This document shows positions 7,552 through 16,864 of a stretch of DNA of 25,821 nucleotides, one piece after another; position 1 is the stretch's first letter; the number at the start of each line of letters is the position of its first letter. Source of the stretch: Pseudomonadota bacterium (GTDB lineage Bacteria; Bdellovibrionota; Bdellovibrionia; Bdellovibrionales; SG-bin7). The position numbers and the translations under genes were made by a program. The stretch spans positions 1 to 25,821 of the forward strand of contig JAWXAY010000018.1 of assembly GCA_034439715.1 (NCBI GenBank), written 5' to 3'. The notes beneath the pieces were generated by a model that was given only the letters and a program-made list of their open reading frames with translations, was not told the DNA's origin and searched no databases.

Positions 7552-7740
7552 CTAATTAGCGTGGCCGTTGCCTTCATAATCAGATTCTTCAAGGTCGAAG
7601 GTAACGCTGTTATGTGCCTCGTCCGGAAGTTTATCTAGATGTTTTTGAATTTCTTCATTTGAAATATTTCCACGTCTAAGGTTCCAATCGAACATTCGCT
7701 TGTCAGTTTTTAACAAATCCAGTGCATCTTTTAAGTCCAA
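7552..7740 (-). CDS. Small hypothetical protein (62 aa)
   Basis: TTG start with GGAG SD 7 nt upstream, 11 nt after the rhomboid stop. DKRMFDWNLRRG...LDKLPDEA looks like a real small helical protein. Confidence 0.7.
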   Translation of the reverse strand: MDLKDALDLLKTDKRMFDWNLRRGNISNEEIQKHLDKLPDEAHNSVTFDLEESDYEGNGHAN

Positions 7741-7751
7741 TGTTTAACTCC

Positions 7752-8522
7752 TTAGTTCCAAAATTTGGGATCCTTCGGCTTCGAAGGTTCATTATTTACC
7801 ACGAGCTTTAAATTACGTCCACGCCATTTACCGGTGCCACCAGTACCTTGGCGCCCCATGTAAAATCGCGTATAAAAGAATAGAAAAATGTATCCCGAAA
7901 CTAGACCACCCAAATGGGCGAGATTGGCAACATTACTGTCAGAACCAACACCCGCATTTAGAACCGTCACTAACTCAATTCCCGCTAAAATCATCACGAA
8001 AAATTTAGCCTTCATCGGAAAAATCATCATAAAATGAATAATTCTTTCGCCAAAAATGATCCCGTAGGCCAAAAGTAGTCCAAATACTGCACCACTAGCG
8101 CCCACGACCGGAACACCCCAAGCAGAACTACCACCGACCACCAATTGATAGAAAGTCAAAAAAACGGTGTAAAGGAGGCCTGCTCCAACGCCGCAAACCA
8201 TATAATAGACCAAAAAAAATCGTGAGCCCCAGCGTTGCTCTAACTCCGAACCCAACCACCACAATAAAAGCATGTTAAATAAAATATGAGTAATACTTAG
8301 GGCGTGAATAAACATATAGCTAAGAAACTGCCAAATAAAAAATCTCTCGACGATCAAGGATGGAATCAGACCAAAATAGCGAGTAAAAAAAGGTGCCTGA
8401 AGAAAATAAGGTTCAATAATAACTGTGATAAAAAACCAAATAACGACATTAGCTATGATGAGATATTTCACCACGGGAGTTAGGGGAACCACTGCTTGAA
8501 TATTAAAGTTACCTTGTCGCAT
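7752..8522 (-). CDS. Rhomboid family intramembrane serine protease
   Basis: WQFLSYMFIH, HILFNM, GASG (catalytic Ser), AHLGG (His), multiple TM helices. Likely start ATG 8522. Confidence 0.95.
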   Translation of the reverse strand: MRQGNFNIQAVVPLTPVVKYLIIANVVIWFFITVIIEPYFLQAPFFTRYFGLIPSLIVERFFIWQFLSYMFIHALSITHILFNMLLLWWLGSELEQRWGSRFFLVYYMVCGVGAGLLYTVFLTFYQLVVGGSSAWGVPVVGASGAVFGLLLAYGIIFGERIIHFMMIFPMKAKFFVMILAGIELVTVLNAGVGSDSNVANLAHLGGLVSGYIFLFFYTRFYMGRQGTGGTGKWRGRNLKLVVNNEPSKPKDPKFWN

Positions 8523-8940
8523 GGGACTTACTATCTCCACGAGGTTCACTTAGTTCAATAAGCACTCCACCAGTAGACTTAGGGTGTATGAAGGCCACCC
8601 ACATGTCATGAGCACCTATTTTAGGCTCTTCGTTAATTAACTGTATACCTGCTTTTTTCAAACGCGCCAAGACTTCACGAATATTTTTTACGCGAAAACA
8701 AATATGGTGAATGCCAGGGCCTCTTTTTTCAATAAATTTGGCGACGGGACTCTCTTTATCGTTGGCCTCCAGCAACTCTAGAGTACAATCGTTAGTGAAA
8801 GGTAAAAAACTTGTTTTTACTTTTTCAGATTTGACTGTTTCCTCGTGAGTACTGACTAGTCCTAAAATCTCATAGACTTTTTTACCTTGAGCTATCGAAT
8901 CGACCGCAATGCCAATATGATCAAGCCTAACGTCAACCAT
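8509..8940 (-). CDS. mce: Methylmalonyl-CoA epimerase (VOC family)
   Basis: LDHIGIAV, LELLE, KFIEKRGPGIHHICF, AFIHPKSTGGVLIEL. Confidence 0.92.
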   Translation of the reverse strand: MVDVRLDHIGIAVDSIAQGKKVYEILGLVSTHEETVKSEKVKTSFLPFTNDCTLELLEANDKESPVAKFIEKRGPGIHHICFRVKNIREVLARLKKAGIQLINEEPKIGAHDMWVAFIHPKSTGGVLIELSEPRGDSKSHATR

Positions 8941-9517
8941 TGGCTAATTCCTCAAAACAAGGCTTGAGACGTTTATAGACCTCATCCAGAGTTTCAATCA
9001 TAACCTTGGAGCGAGTCACAAGTGGGAGAAAATTCATGTCTCCCACCCAGCGAGGAATCACATGCTGATGCAGATGATCTGGAATTCCCGCGCCGGCAGC
9101 GTAGCCTAAATTCATACCCACGTTTAGACCCGCACAATTAAAACTTTTTTTTAGTACTTTTATGGTTGTCAACGTGAGGCTTTGAAAGTCAGTAAATTCT
9201 GCCGAGCTCAATTCTTCAATGTGGGCGCAGTGTTTTTTGGGAACCACCAATAGGTGGCCCGTGTTGTAGGGATACTTATTCATTACGACAAAAGAGTGCT
9301 TTGAATCATAAACCACTAAGCTCTCTTTGCTACTTCCCGACTTTTCCGCAAGACAAAAAACGCAGCCTTTGGGAGGATTTAATTTTAAAATGTATTCTCG
9401 CCGCTCGGGGCGATAGAGGATTTGTGGGACCAGCCACGACCCAAAATCGAGTGACATAACCTCCGACGCTATTGTACTTTTTTTAGTATTTTTCTTAGTA
9501 TTTTTTTTTCGCTTCAA
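8933..9517 (-). CDS. HIT family protein (FHIT/Ap4A phosphorylase-like)
   Basis: CVFC, NKYPYNTGHLLVVP, N.GMNLG..AGAGIPDHLHQHVIPRW.GD.NF. Confidence 0.93.
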   Translation of the reverse strand: MKRKKNTKKNTKKSTIASEVMSLDFGSWLVPQILYRPERREYILKLNPPKGCVFCLAEKSGSSKESLVVYDSKHSFVVMNKYPYNTGHLLVVPKKHCAHIEELSSAEFTDFQSLTLTTIKVLKKSFNCAGLNVGMNLGYAAGAGIPDHLHQHVIPRWVGDMNFLPLVTRSKVMIETLDEVYKRLKPCFEELANG

Positions 9518-10452
9518 TCACGCCCGCCCTCTAATACAGAGGGCATAAGGAAAAGGGGCATTCCCACTAAATCGACACGCAAAAGCTTTCCAATGACCTT
9601 AGTTGCCTCTGAGTATTCATCATCGTCACCATCTTTAAACATTTTAAAAAACATAGGCTCTCGCCAAGAAGATGGCTCAAAAATTACTGGCTTCCCTTTA
9701 ATTCCCCCGCGAGAGGCAGCCTCTTTAAACGCATCCTCTAAATTGCCAATCTTGTCGGCGAAGCCCAAGCTGACTGCTGACTCCCCTGTAAAAACTCGCC
9801 CATCTGCATATGGTTCCACTTTTTCAAGCGCGATATTTCTGGATTCACTCACAGCTGTTTTGAACTGCATATGAACACTATTAATCATGTTCTGAAACAA
9901 CGCTTTTTCGTCTTCGCGCATAGGGCGGTACTCCGCGCCTGAATCTTTAAAAGGTCCGGTCTGAATCGTATATCGTTTAATTTTTGCCCAATCATATAGA
10001 CCTGCAAGGTTGGCAAATTCCATTATGACCCCAATAGAACCCATAAGTGTGCCAGCGTTTGCAAAAATCACGTCCCCAGCAACGGCAGTGTAATAAGCAC
10101 CACTAGCTGCCACATTTTGACAAGAAATTATCACTGGTTTTTTGGTTTCGTTACGAAAGCGTTTAACTTCGGTATACAGTTCTTGACTGGCCCCAACCGC
10201 TCCCCCCGGAGAGTCGATTCTCACAACAACGGCTTTAATCTTATCATCACGACCGTATTTATTAAGCTGCTTAATAAATTTCTCGCTCGATAAAATAATG
10301 CCATTAAGCTTTAACAGTAGAATGCTATTGGCCTCGACCTTTTTATCCGGCGGCTGCAATACCGAAAAAAAGGCACCCGTGACCGCTAGGTAAACTCCCC
10401 CCACAAACATGAGGAGAACAAGGATCATCATGAACTGGAAAAGTCGCTTCAT
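9514..10452 (-). CDS. sppA: Signal peptide peptidase SppA (S49, short form)
   Basis: RIDSPGG, AASGAYY, GSIGVI, GPFKD, DGRVFTG, plus an N-terminal TM. Confidence 0.95.
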   Translation of the reverse strand: MKRLFQFMMILVLLMFVGGVYLAVTGAFFSVLQPPDKKVEANSILLLKLNGIILSSEKFIKQLNKYGRDDKIKAVVVRIDSPGGAVGASQELYTEVKRFRNETKKPVIISCQNVAASGAYYTAVAGDVIFANAGTLMGSIGVIMEFANLAGLYDWAKIKRYTIQTGPFKDSGAEYRPMREDEKALFQNMINSVHMQFKTAVSESRNIALEKVEPYADGRVFTGESAVSLGFADKIGNLEDAFKEAASRGGIKGKPVIFEPSSWREPMFFKMFKDGDDDEYSEATKVIGKLLRVDLVGMPLFLMPSVLEGGRD

Positions 10453-12278
10453 TCGTTAGAATCGCCGGTCTCTGCCTGAGCTTTACCGAGGTTTTTAAGC
10501 GCATCACCAAATACATCACCGAGACTAGTTTTGGCTGTAGACGCTGCCTTTTTAACATAATCAGCAACATCAGCTTTAGTTTCTCGAAGCTTTACTAGTT
10601 TTGCACTTAAGCCAATTTTTCGCGAATCTCTGTCGACCGTAATGATCTCAGCTCGAATTGTGTCACCAACATTAGCCACTTCACTGGGATGCTTAATACG
10701 ATTTACCGAAATTTCGCTCACGTGAATAAGACCTTCAACGTCAGCTGCCAGCTCTACAAACACGCCGAAATCGGCAATTTTGTTGATCTTGACGTCGTGC
10801 TGAGAACCAATTGGGAACTTAGCTTCAACCTGACTCCAAGGATCGGACTCAAGCTGTTTTACGCCGAGACTGAAACGCTCGTTTTCGGAGTCGACACCAA
10901 GGACCACTGCGCGCACCTTATCACCTTTTTTATAAAGTTCTGAAGGATGATTAATACGTTTGCTCCAAGAGAAATCAGAAATATGCACAAGTCCATCAAT
11001 TCCGTCTTCGACACCAATAAATACGCCAAAGTCAGTAACAGATTTAACTTCACCTTCAATGATTGTTCCTGGTGGGTAGCTGTTTTTTAGTTCATCCCAA
11101 GGATTGGTCTGAAGTTGCTTCATACCCAAACTAATGCGACGGTTAGGCACATCTATTTCTAGAACCACAACATCTACTTCATCACCCTCTTTTACAATTT
11201 GAGAGGGATGTTTCACGCGCTTAGTCCAGCTCATTTCACTAATGTGAATTAAGCCTTCAATGCCGTCGCCAAGCTCTACAAAAGCGCCGTAGTCTGCCAA
11301 GCTTACTATTTTGCCGTGGAGTTTAGTCCCTGACGGGTATTTTTCCTTAACCGCTTCCCACGGATCAATCATCAACTGTTTTAAACCAAGGCTGACACGG
11401 TTTTTCTCTTGATCATACTTAAGAACTTTCACTTTAATCTCATCACCCATTTTCAAGATTTCAGAGGGGTGTTTTACACGGCCCCAGCTCATATCTGTGA
11501 TGTGAAGTAGACCATCGACGCCGCCGAGATCGATAAAGGCGCCGTAGTCAGTGATGTTTTTTACATTACCGACGACTTCCGAGCCTTCTCTCATAGCATC
11601 TATTGTCTGAGTTCTTAGCTTTTCGCGTTCTTCTTCTAATAAAGCCCGACGAGAAAGCACGATATTGCCGCGCTTTTTATTAAATTTTATAACTTTAAAT
11701 TTATATTTTTTACCAATGTAAATATCCATGTTCCGAACGGGACGGATATCAATTTGGCTTCCTGGTAGAAAGGCTTTAACTCCGATATCAACACTTAATC
11801 CGCCTTTAACCTTGGCAATGACCACACCCTCGATCAGCTCTGAATTTTCAGCCGCACGAGAAATATCGGTCCACGCTTTTAACATATCCGCTTTATCTTT
11901 AGATAAAACTAGCATGCCATTTTCGTTTTCTATTTTATCGATAAAAACTTCGACCTCTTCACCGACGATGATATCCTTTTGTCCTTCAACAGTCCTGAAT
12001 TCACCGATAGGAATCATACCCTCTGATTTATAATTGATGTCCACCAAAACGTAGTCTGGGGTGACCTCAACAATTCTGCCTTTAACAACATCGCCAACAC
12101 CAAAATCACGATCCTTTAGTGAAGTCTCAAACAGAGAGGCAAATTCGGCGCTCCCGTTTTTATAGCCTGTAGCTTTTTCTGTTGCTGCTTTAATTTCTTT
12201 GTCACTCTGATCTAAGAGAGACATAATTTCGAGTTTACTTTTTTGTGCACGTGTAAGATTCTTGTTTTCATTTGTCAT
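10449..12278 (-). CDS. rpsA: 30S ribosomal protein S1
   Basis: Six S1 repeats (e.g. NITDYGAFIDLGGVDGLLHITDMSW), AFLPGSQID. ATG 12278 has an AGGAGGAG SD. Confidence 0.98.
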   Translation of the reverse strand: MTNENKNLTRAQKSKLEIMSLLDQSDKEIKAATEKATGYKNGSAEFASLFETSLKDRDFGVGDVVKGRIVEVTPDYVLVDINYKSEGMIPIGEFRTVEGQKDIIVGEEVEVFIDKIENENGMLVLSKDKADMLKAWTDISRAAENSELIEGVVIAKVKGGLSVDIGVKAFLPGSQIDIRPVRNMDIYIGKKYKFKVIKFNKKRGNIVLSRRALLEEEREKLRTQTIDAMREGSEVVGNVKNITDYGAFIDLGGVDGLLHITDMSWGRVKHPSEILKMGDEIKVKVLKYDQEKNRVSLGLKQLMIDPWEAVKEKYPSGTKLHGKIVSLADYGAFVELGDGIEGLIHISEMSWTKRVKHPSQIVKEGDEVDVVVLEIDVPNRRISLGMKQLQTNPWDELKNSYPPGTIIEGEVKSVTDFGVFIGVEDGIDGLVHISDFSWSKRINHPSELYKKGDKVRAVVLGVDSENERFSLGVKQLESDPWSQVEAKFPIGSQHDVKINKIADFGVFVELAADVEGLIHVSEISVNRIKHPSEVANVGDTIRAEIITVDRDSRKIGLSAKLVKLRETKADVADYVKKAASTAKTSLGDVFGDALKNLGKAQAETGDSNE

Positions 12279-12300
12279 ATTTATTGTGGCTCCTCCTTCT

Positions 12301-12398
12301 GGTAGGTTTTCCAAAACCGACCTTCATGACTTTATTTTCTGTCATGAGTTTTTTTGTATGGAAATATCGTTATAGGGGGTAAATAGCAGAAAAGTCCA
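12301..12398 (-). promoter_or_regulatory. rpsA promoter and structured 5' leader
   Basis: TGGACT (12398-12393), N18, TATAAC (12374-12369). Hairpins tcatgac/gtcatga (12324-12347) and ggt-a-ggttt/aaacc-g-acc (12301-12322) lie just upstream of the SD. Confidence 0.5.
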
Positions 12399-12405
12399 AA
12401 CAAAA

Positions 12406-13098
12406 TTAAAGAAATCTTTTCTGAGCAAGACCAAGCACTTGGACTATTACAGACTCGAGCGGCATGCTGGTGGTATCAACGACTGTAGAACCTGGAGGCA
12501 CTTGCAAAGGTGCGGCTTCTCTCCCCTGATCAGACCTGTCACGAGACGAAACGTAAGCCTTTGTTTCTTTTATTGTTTTGCCTTCTTCTTTAGCTCGTCG
12601 ACGTGCCCTATCTGTCGTTTTTGCGGTTAGATAAATCTTGAGAGAGGCTTGCGGAAATACCACTGTTCCGCAGTCTCTGCCCTCTGCTACGAGTCCTTGA
12701 GGGGATCTGATAAAGCAATCTTGTTGGGCCGAAAGGAGCGCCTGCCGTACTGAAGAAATGGTGCTCACTTGGCTAGCAACAGCACCGATTTCTTCCTGTC
12801 TTAATTTTGGCGTGACGTCACCTTTCATGTAGCGAAAAATAGTCTGTTCAGTGGCCATTTCTACTGACCAATCTTTGGTGTTTAGTATTTTCAATAGACC
12901 AGGCTCATCGTCGGCACTGACTCCCAAAGTTAGCGCCACATAGGCAATGCCGCGATAAAAAACGCCGGTAGAAACCCAACTCCACCCTAAACGTTTTGCC
13001 ACCTCACGACTCACTGACGACTTACCCGAAGCCGAAGGCCCATCGATGGTTATTAGCTTCAATACTTTAGAAAAAGAAGAAGGAGAAGAAGAGTTCAT
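12406..13098 (-). CDS. cmk: Cytidylate kinase
   Basis: ITIDGPSASGKSS, STGVFYR, VAEGRDCGTVVFP, RDRSD..R.AAPL. Sits upstream of rpsA. Confidence 0.97.
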   Translation of the reverse strand: MNSSSPSSFSKVLKLITIDGPSASGKSSVSREVAKRLGWSWVSTGVFYRGIAYVALTLGVSADDEPGLLKILNTKDWSVEMATEQTIFRYMKGDVTPKLRQEEIGAVASQVSTISSVRQALLSAQQDCFIRSPQGLVAEGRDCGTVVFPQASLKIYLTAKTTDRARRRAKEEGKTIKETKAYVSSRDRSDQGREAAPLQVPPGSTVVDTTSMPLESVIVQVLGLAQKRFL

Positions 13099-14210
13099 CC
13101 TTTAGCCAAAACTTTCTTGATCGCACTAATGGCAAATTTATTATTTTTCATGGTTCCAACACTTAAACGAATCAAATTATTCAAACCATAATTCTTAAGT
13201 GGGCGAAGGATAAGGCCCCTTTTAAGTAAGGACTCGAAGATGCCACTTACATCGCGGCCGCAATCAAACAATACAAAGTTACCTTGCGAGGGGTAGACCT
13301 TTAAACCCATTTTTTTGAGTTCACTGTTATAATATTCGATTCCGGCCCAAGCTAATTTGACGGATTTTTTGACATGATTAGGATCGCTCAGCGCCGCTAC
13401 GCCAGCAACCTGAGCTAAACCGTTGACGCTAAATGGCGTTCGAACTTTGGCAACGGGCTCTATCACCTGGGGATTCCCTATGAGAATTCCGACTCTTAAA
13501 CCCGCTAGCCCGTAGGCTTTACTCATGGTTCTGAGTAATACAAGATTGGGGCAGGTTTTTAAAAACTTTTCGGCATAACCATAATCGTTGGCACGAACAA
13601 ACTCTAAGTAAGCCTCGTCAATAACTAAAATCAAATCTCGCCTAAGCAACACGGCGTCGACTAGGGCTTTCATTTGCTCACGAGTAATGTAAGCACCCGT
13701 GGGATTATTGGGATTCGCCAAATAAATAAATTTATGTTTTGGCGTCCAGTCGTTTTTAATGAATAAAATTAATGCCTCAACGTCATACTGAAGGTCACCC
13801 TTAATTTTTATTTCGAAAGTATTTAAACAGTGAGCCTGAGCACTAATCTTAAACGCCACAAATGAGTTTTGAAAAGTGACGACGCTATCGCCTGGCTGAC
13901 AATAGGCTTGTAGCAAAAGCCCCATGAGTTCATCGGAGCCATTCCCAAACACTAACTCTTCAGTTTTAAAACCAAAAATTTTTGAATAGGATTTTTTGAG
14001 CTCAAAACAGGCGCCGTCAGGATAAAGATGCAATTTTTGCTTCAGCGCCTTTTTTAGTGCGCTATAAACCTTAGGACTTGCTCCCAGAGGATTTTCGTTG
14101 CTCGCAAGCTTTATAACTTTTTTAATACCGTATTCCCGCTGAGTTTCCTCAATCGGTTTACCGGTCACGTAAGGGACAAGGGTTTTGATTTTTGGGGCTA
14201 CTTCTAACAC
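13095..14210 (-). CDS. hisC: Histidinol-phosphate/aromatic aminotransferase
   Basis: KLASNENPLG, YPD, GNGSDE, NPNNPTG, DEAY, RTMSKAYGLAGLRVG (PLP lysine). Confidence 0.93.
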   Translation of the reverse strand: MLEVAPKIKTLVPYVTGKPIEETQREYGIKKVIKLASNENPLGASPKVYSALKKALKQKLHLYPDGACFELKKSYSKIFGFKTEELVFGNGSDELMGLLLQAYCQPGDSVVTFQNSFVAFKISAQAHCLNTFEIKIKGDLQYDVEALILFIKNDWTPKHKFIYLANPNNPTGAYITREQMKALVDAVLLRRDLILVIDEAYLEFVRANDYGYAEKFLKTCPNLVLLRTMSKAYGLAGLRVGILIGNPQVIEPVAKVRTPFSVNGLAQVAGVAALSDPNHVKKSVKLAWAGIEYYNSELKKMGLKVYPSQGNFVLFDCGRDVSGIFESLLKRGLILRPLKNYGLNNLIRLSVGTMKNNKFAISAIKKVLAKG

Positions 14211-14286
14211 AAGCTTTGATTGTTCAAATATTCGTAAGCGAGTTGCAAGAAATAAAGAACTGACTCAGCGTTTAAATCCCTGAGGA

Positions 14287-15036
14287 TTATCTTTTGCGAG
14301 TCTTTGCAAGTAAACGCAGGATTTCGAGGTACAACCAAATCAGGGTAACCAGCAAGCCGAACGAGGCATACCACTCCATGTACTTAGGCGCCCCGTGTTC
14401 TGCGCCTTTTTCGATAAAATCGAAATCGAGTACTAGGTTTAGGGCCGCTATGACCACGATCACTATTGAAACCATGATTCCCATGGGCCCACTGTCATTG
14501 ATGAACGGCATGTTGATGCCAAACATTCGCAGAACAATTTCCATCAAATAAACTAGAGCAATGCCACCGGTTGCAGCAACCACACCAAGTTTGAAATTTT
14601 CAGTCGCGCGAATTAGTTGAGACCGATAGGCCGTTAAAAGTGCAATAAAAGTGCCCATCGTGCCAAGAACCGCCTGCATCACTACGCCTGGATATTTGGC
14701 CTCAAATAAGGCTGAAACTGCGCCAAGAATTATCCCCTCAAGCGCAGCATAAATGGGAACTAAAATCGGCGAAGCGGTCGGTTTAAAAACGATTACTATA
14801 CCTAAAATAAATCCAATTATGGCTGATGGCAAATACCACACCGGAATTGTCGGTGTGACGCCGATTGACCAGCCACCAGGAAAGGCCTGTTGCCACGACC
14901 AAATTGCTGTTAAAAAAACGATGCCAATTAACAAAAAAGATTTGTTAACAGTACCAGAGATGGTCATCCTATCCGTGGCAGAAGTAGATCGAGCTTGAAA
15001 GACTTTGTCGTTAAGTGCCGGGTTTGATGTTCTCAT
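14287..15036 (-). CDS. Bax inhibitor-1/YccA family membrane protein
   Basis: MRTSNPAL, MTISGTVNK, YAALEG, LVLDFDFIE.G...GAPKYMEWY.SFGLLVTLIWLYLEILRLL, about 7 TM helices. Confidence 0.92.
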   Translation of the reverse strand: MRTSNPALNDKVFQARSTSATDRMTISGTVNKSFLLIGIVFLTAIWSWQQAFPGGWSIGVTPTIPVWYLPSAIIGFILGIVIVFKPTASPILVPIYAALEGIILGAVSALFEAKYPGVVMQAVLGTMGTFIALLTAYRSQLIRATENFKLGVVAATGGIALVYLMEIVLRMFGINMPFINDSGPMGIMVSIVIVVIAALNLVLDFDFIEKGAEHGAPKYMEWYASFGLLVTLIWLYLEILRLLAKTRKR

Positions 15037-15042
15037 ACCATG

Positions 15043-15072
15043 ATCATAGACATGACGTTTACAGGAAGTCTA
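15043..15072 (-). promoter_or_regulatory. Candidate sigma70 promoter, possibly leaderless, for the YccA gene
   Basis: TAGACT (15072-15067), N18, TATGAT (15048-15043). The ATG at 15036 follows 6 nt later, with no SD. Confidence 0.45.
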
Positions 15073-15079
15073 GTTCGCA

Positions 15080-15319
15080 TTATTCTGCGCAGCGAATTTC
15101 AACTTTTGAACAAAGAACTTGGATCACGTTGGGATTTCCAGCAAGAGGCGTTGCTCCTACCATTACCGTGTTGGCTGGGCACATATTAAGAAAAAAAGTC
15201 CGACCAGAGATCAATAATCGACATGATGGAGTTAAATTAAATTTTTCGCCCAAACCAAAATTTTCTTCTGCCAAACAGGTTGCGCCAACGATAAAAATCA
15301 ATAGACTAAGAAATCGCAT
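15080..15319 (-). CDS. Small secreted Cys-rich hypothetical protein
   Basis: MRFLSLLIFIVGATCLA signal peptide and four Cys in the mature part. G-rich SD-like run upstream; co-oriented with neighbours. Confidence 0.6.
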   Translation of the reverse strand: MRFLSLLIFIVGATCLAEENFGLGEKFNLTPSCRLLISGRTFFLNMCPANTVMVGATPLAGNPNVIQVLCSKVEIRCAE

Positions 15320-15427
15320 AAGTCCCCCCGATTTGCAGCCCATCCTATTTACGAAAGCAAAGGGGAGAAATCAATCAAATTTATGTTTCGTTAAGATTAT
15401 TTAATTGATCTCGAAGGAGGGAACATT

Positions 15428-16633
15428 TTACGAGATAACTCGTGCACCAATGTCATGCAGCGCCTTTTTTATTTTTTCAAGATGCTCGTGATTAAATGTT
15501 TCAATTTGAAATTCAATGCGCGCCTCACGGAGCGCAATATCGAGATCCATACGATTATGTACAACCTGCAAAATGTTCGCGCCTTCACGCGCCAAAACCT
15601 GCGTGAGGTGACTAAGGCTGCCTGGCGCATCGTGAAAGACTACGCTGATTTCGGCCTTACGACCTTTGCTAATTAGTCCCCGCTCAATCACTTTGGCCAC
15701 GCTATTCAAATCAATATTTCCTCCAGAAAGAACAGCCACTGACTTTTTTCCCAGCTTTAGTTTTCCCGATAATATCGCAGCGAGTGAGGCCGCACCCGAA
15801 CCTTCAACTACCGATTTGGAACGCTCTAGCAACAAAACTATGGCCTCCGCAATTTCGTTATCGCTCACCACTACTATGTCATCGACTAACTTAGAAATAT
15901 AATCTTCGTACATATTAGGTTCTGCTTTTTTGACGGCAATTCCATCAGCGAGCGCCGAATAACGAAGCGGAGTTTTAGACAATCTTTTATGAAACATGTC
16001 GGCCATGGCAGGAGTGGTATCGCTTTGTACGCCATAAACTTTACATTTGGGATTAAGGGCTTTAATAACTGTTGCAATGCCGCTGATGAGCCCTCCGCCG
16101 CCAATAGGAACTACAATTGATTCGAGGTCTGGCAAAAGATCTAAAACTTCAAGCGCAACTGTGCCTTGACCCGCAATTGTCATCGGGTCATTAAAGGGAT
16201 GTACAAATACGTAACCTTTTTCTTTCATAATTTCTTGCGCCTTCGCATAACAATCGTCATAGATATTGCCATAAAGGACAACTTCGGCCCCATAACTACG
16301 AGTTGCCTGAACTTTAACTAGGGGTGAACTCTCGGGCATCACAATGATCGCTTTAGCATTTAATGCTGTTGCCGATGACGCCATACCTTGCGCATGATTT
16401 CCGGCAGAACAGGCAATGAGACCCTGATTTCTCTGCCCGGCCGTTAAAGACCTAATATTATTATAAGCGCCGCGAATCTTAAAACTTCCAGTCTTTTGTT
16501 CATTTTCCATTTTGAGATAGACTTCACAACCTAACCGTCTTGAAACTTCTAACGAGTGTCGCAAAGTTGTGACTCGCGCCACTCCCTCTAAATGTTTTTT
16601 AGCTTCTAGAACATCTTTTATGTTAATGGGCAC
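15428..16633 (-). CDS. ilvA: Threonine ammonia-lyase (dehydratase) with single C-terminal ACT domain
   Basis: LKMENEQKTGSFKIRGA, SAGNHAQG, PIGGGGLISG, SGGNID, ACT motif DAPGSL. At ~400 aa this is the medium form and could be catabolic (TdcB-like). Confidence 0.93.
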   Translation of the reverse strand: MPINIKDVLEAKKHLEGVARVTTLRHSLEVSRRLGCEVYLKMENEQKTGSFKIRGAYNNIRSLTAGQRNQGLIACSAGNHAQGMASSATALNAKAIIVMPESSPLVKVQATRSYGAEVVLYGNIYDDCYAKAQEIMKEKGYVFVHPFNDPMTIAGQGTVALEVLDLLPDLESIVVPIGGGGLISGIATVIKALNPKCKVYGVQSDTTPAMADMFHKRLSKTPLRYSALADGIAVKKAEPNMYEDYISKLVDDIVVVSDNEIAEAIVLLLERSKSVVEGSGAASLAAILSGKLKLGKKSVAVLSGGNIDLNSVAKVIERGLISKGRKAEISVVFHDAPGSLSHLTQVLAREGANILQVVHNRMDLDIALREARIEFQIETFNHEHLEKIKKALHDIGARVIS

Positions 16634-16645
16634 TGAGGATCCCCT

Positions 16646-16864
16646 TCACCAATATGTCGATAACCCATAGAGCGGCTTAAACTGATGTCCAAAATACTCG
16701 GGCCGCATACCATTATCAGTTATAGCCTCGGCTTTTGCCTCATCAAAATAATAAAAGGGCGCCATGACCTTACCGCAGAACTTACACTTCTCCACGGGAA
16801 GCGTACGGTTTTCATTGACCTGGCCACAGATGTGACATCGACGAAAATGCAATGTTGATTCCAT
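16646..16864 (-). CDS. Small zinc-ribbon protein (hypothetical)
   Basis: CHIC...CKFC pair, GGAG SD, ends 12 nt before the ilvA start. Confidence 0.75.
   Translation of the reverse strand: MESTLHFRRCHICGQVNENRTLPVEKCKFCGKVMAPFYYFDEAKAEAITDNGMRPEYFGHQFKPLYGLSTYW

Noticed and set aside
12324..12355. Plus-strand intrinsic terminator (hairpin plus T-run)
   Set aside because: No plus-strand gene leads into it; it is better explained as part of the rpsA leader.
14250..14284. Terminator after the YccA gene (ctcag/ctgag stem)
   Set aside because: The stem is only 5 bp with an 11-nt loop and an interrupted U-tract, too weak to call.
15015..15404. 129-aa plus-strand ORF
   Set aside because: It has no motif or SD, and it overlaps the YccA start and the better-supported secreted peptide on the other strand.
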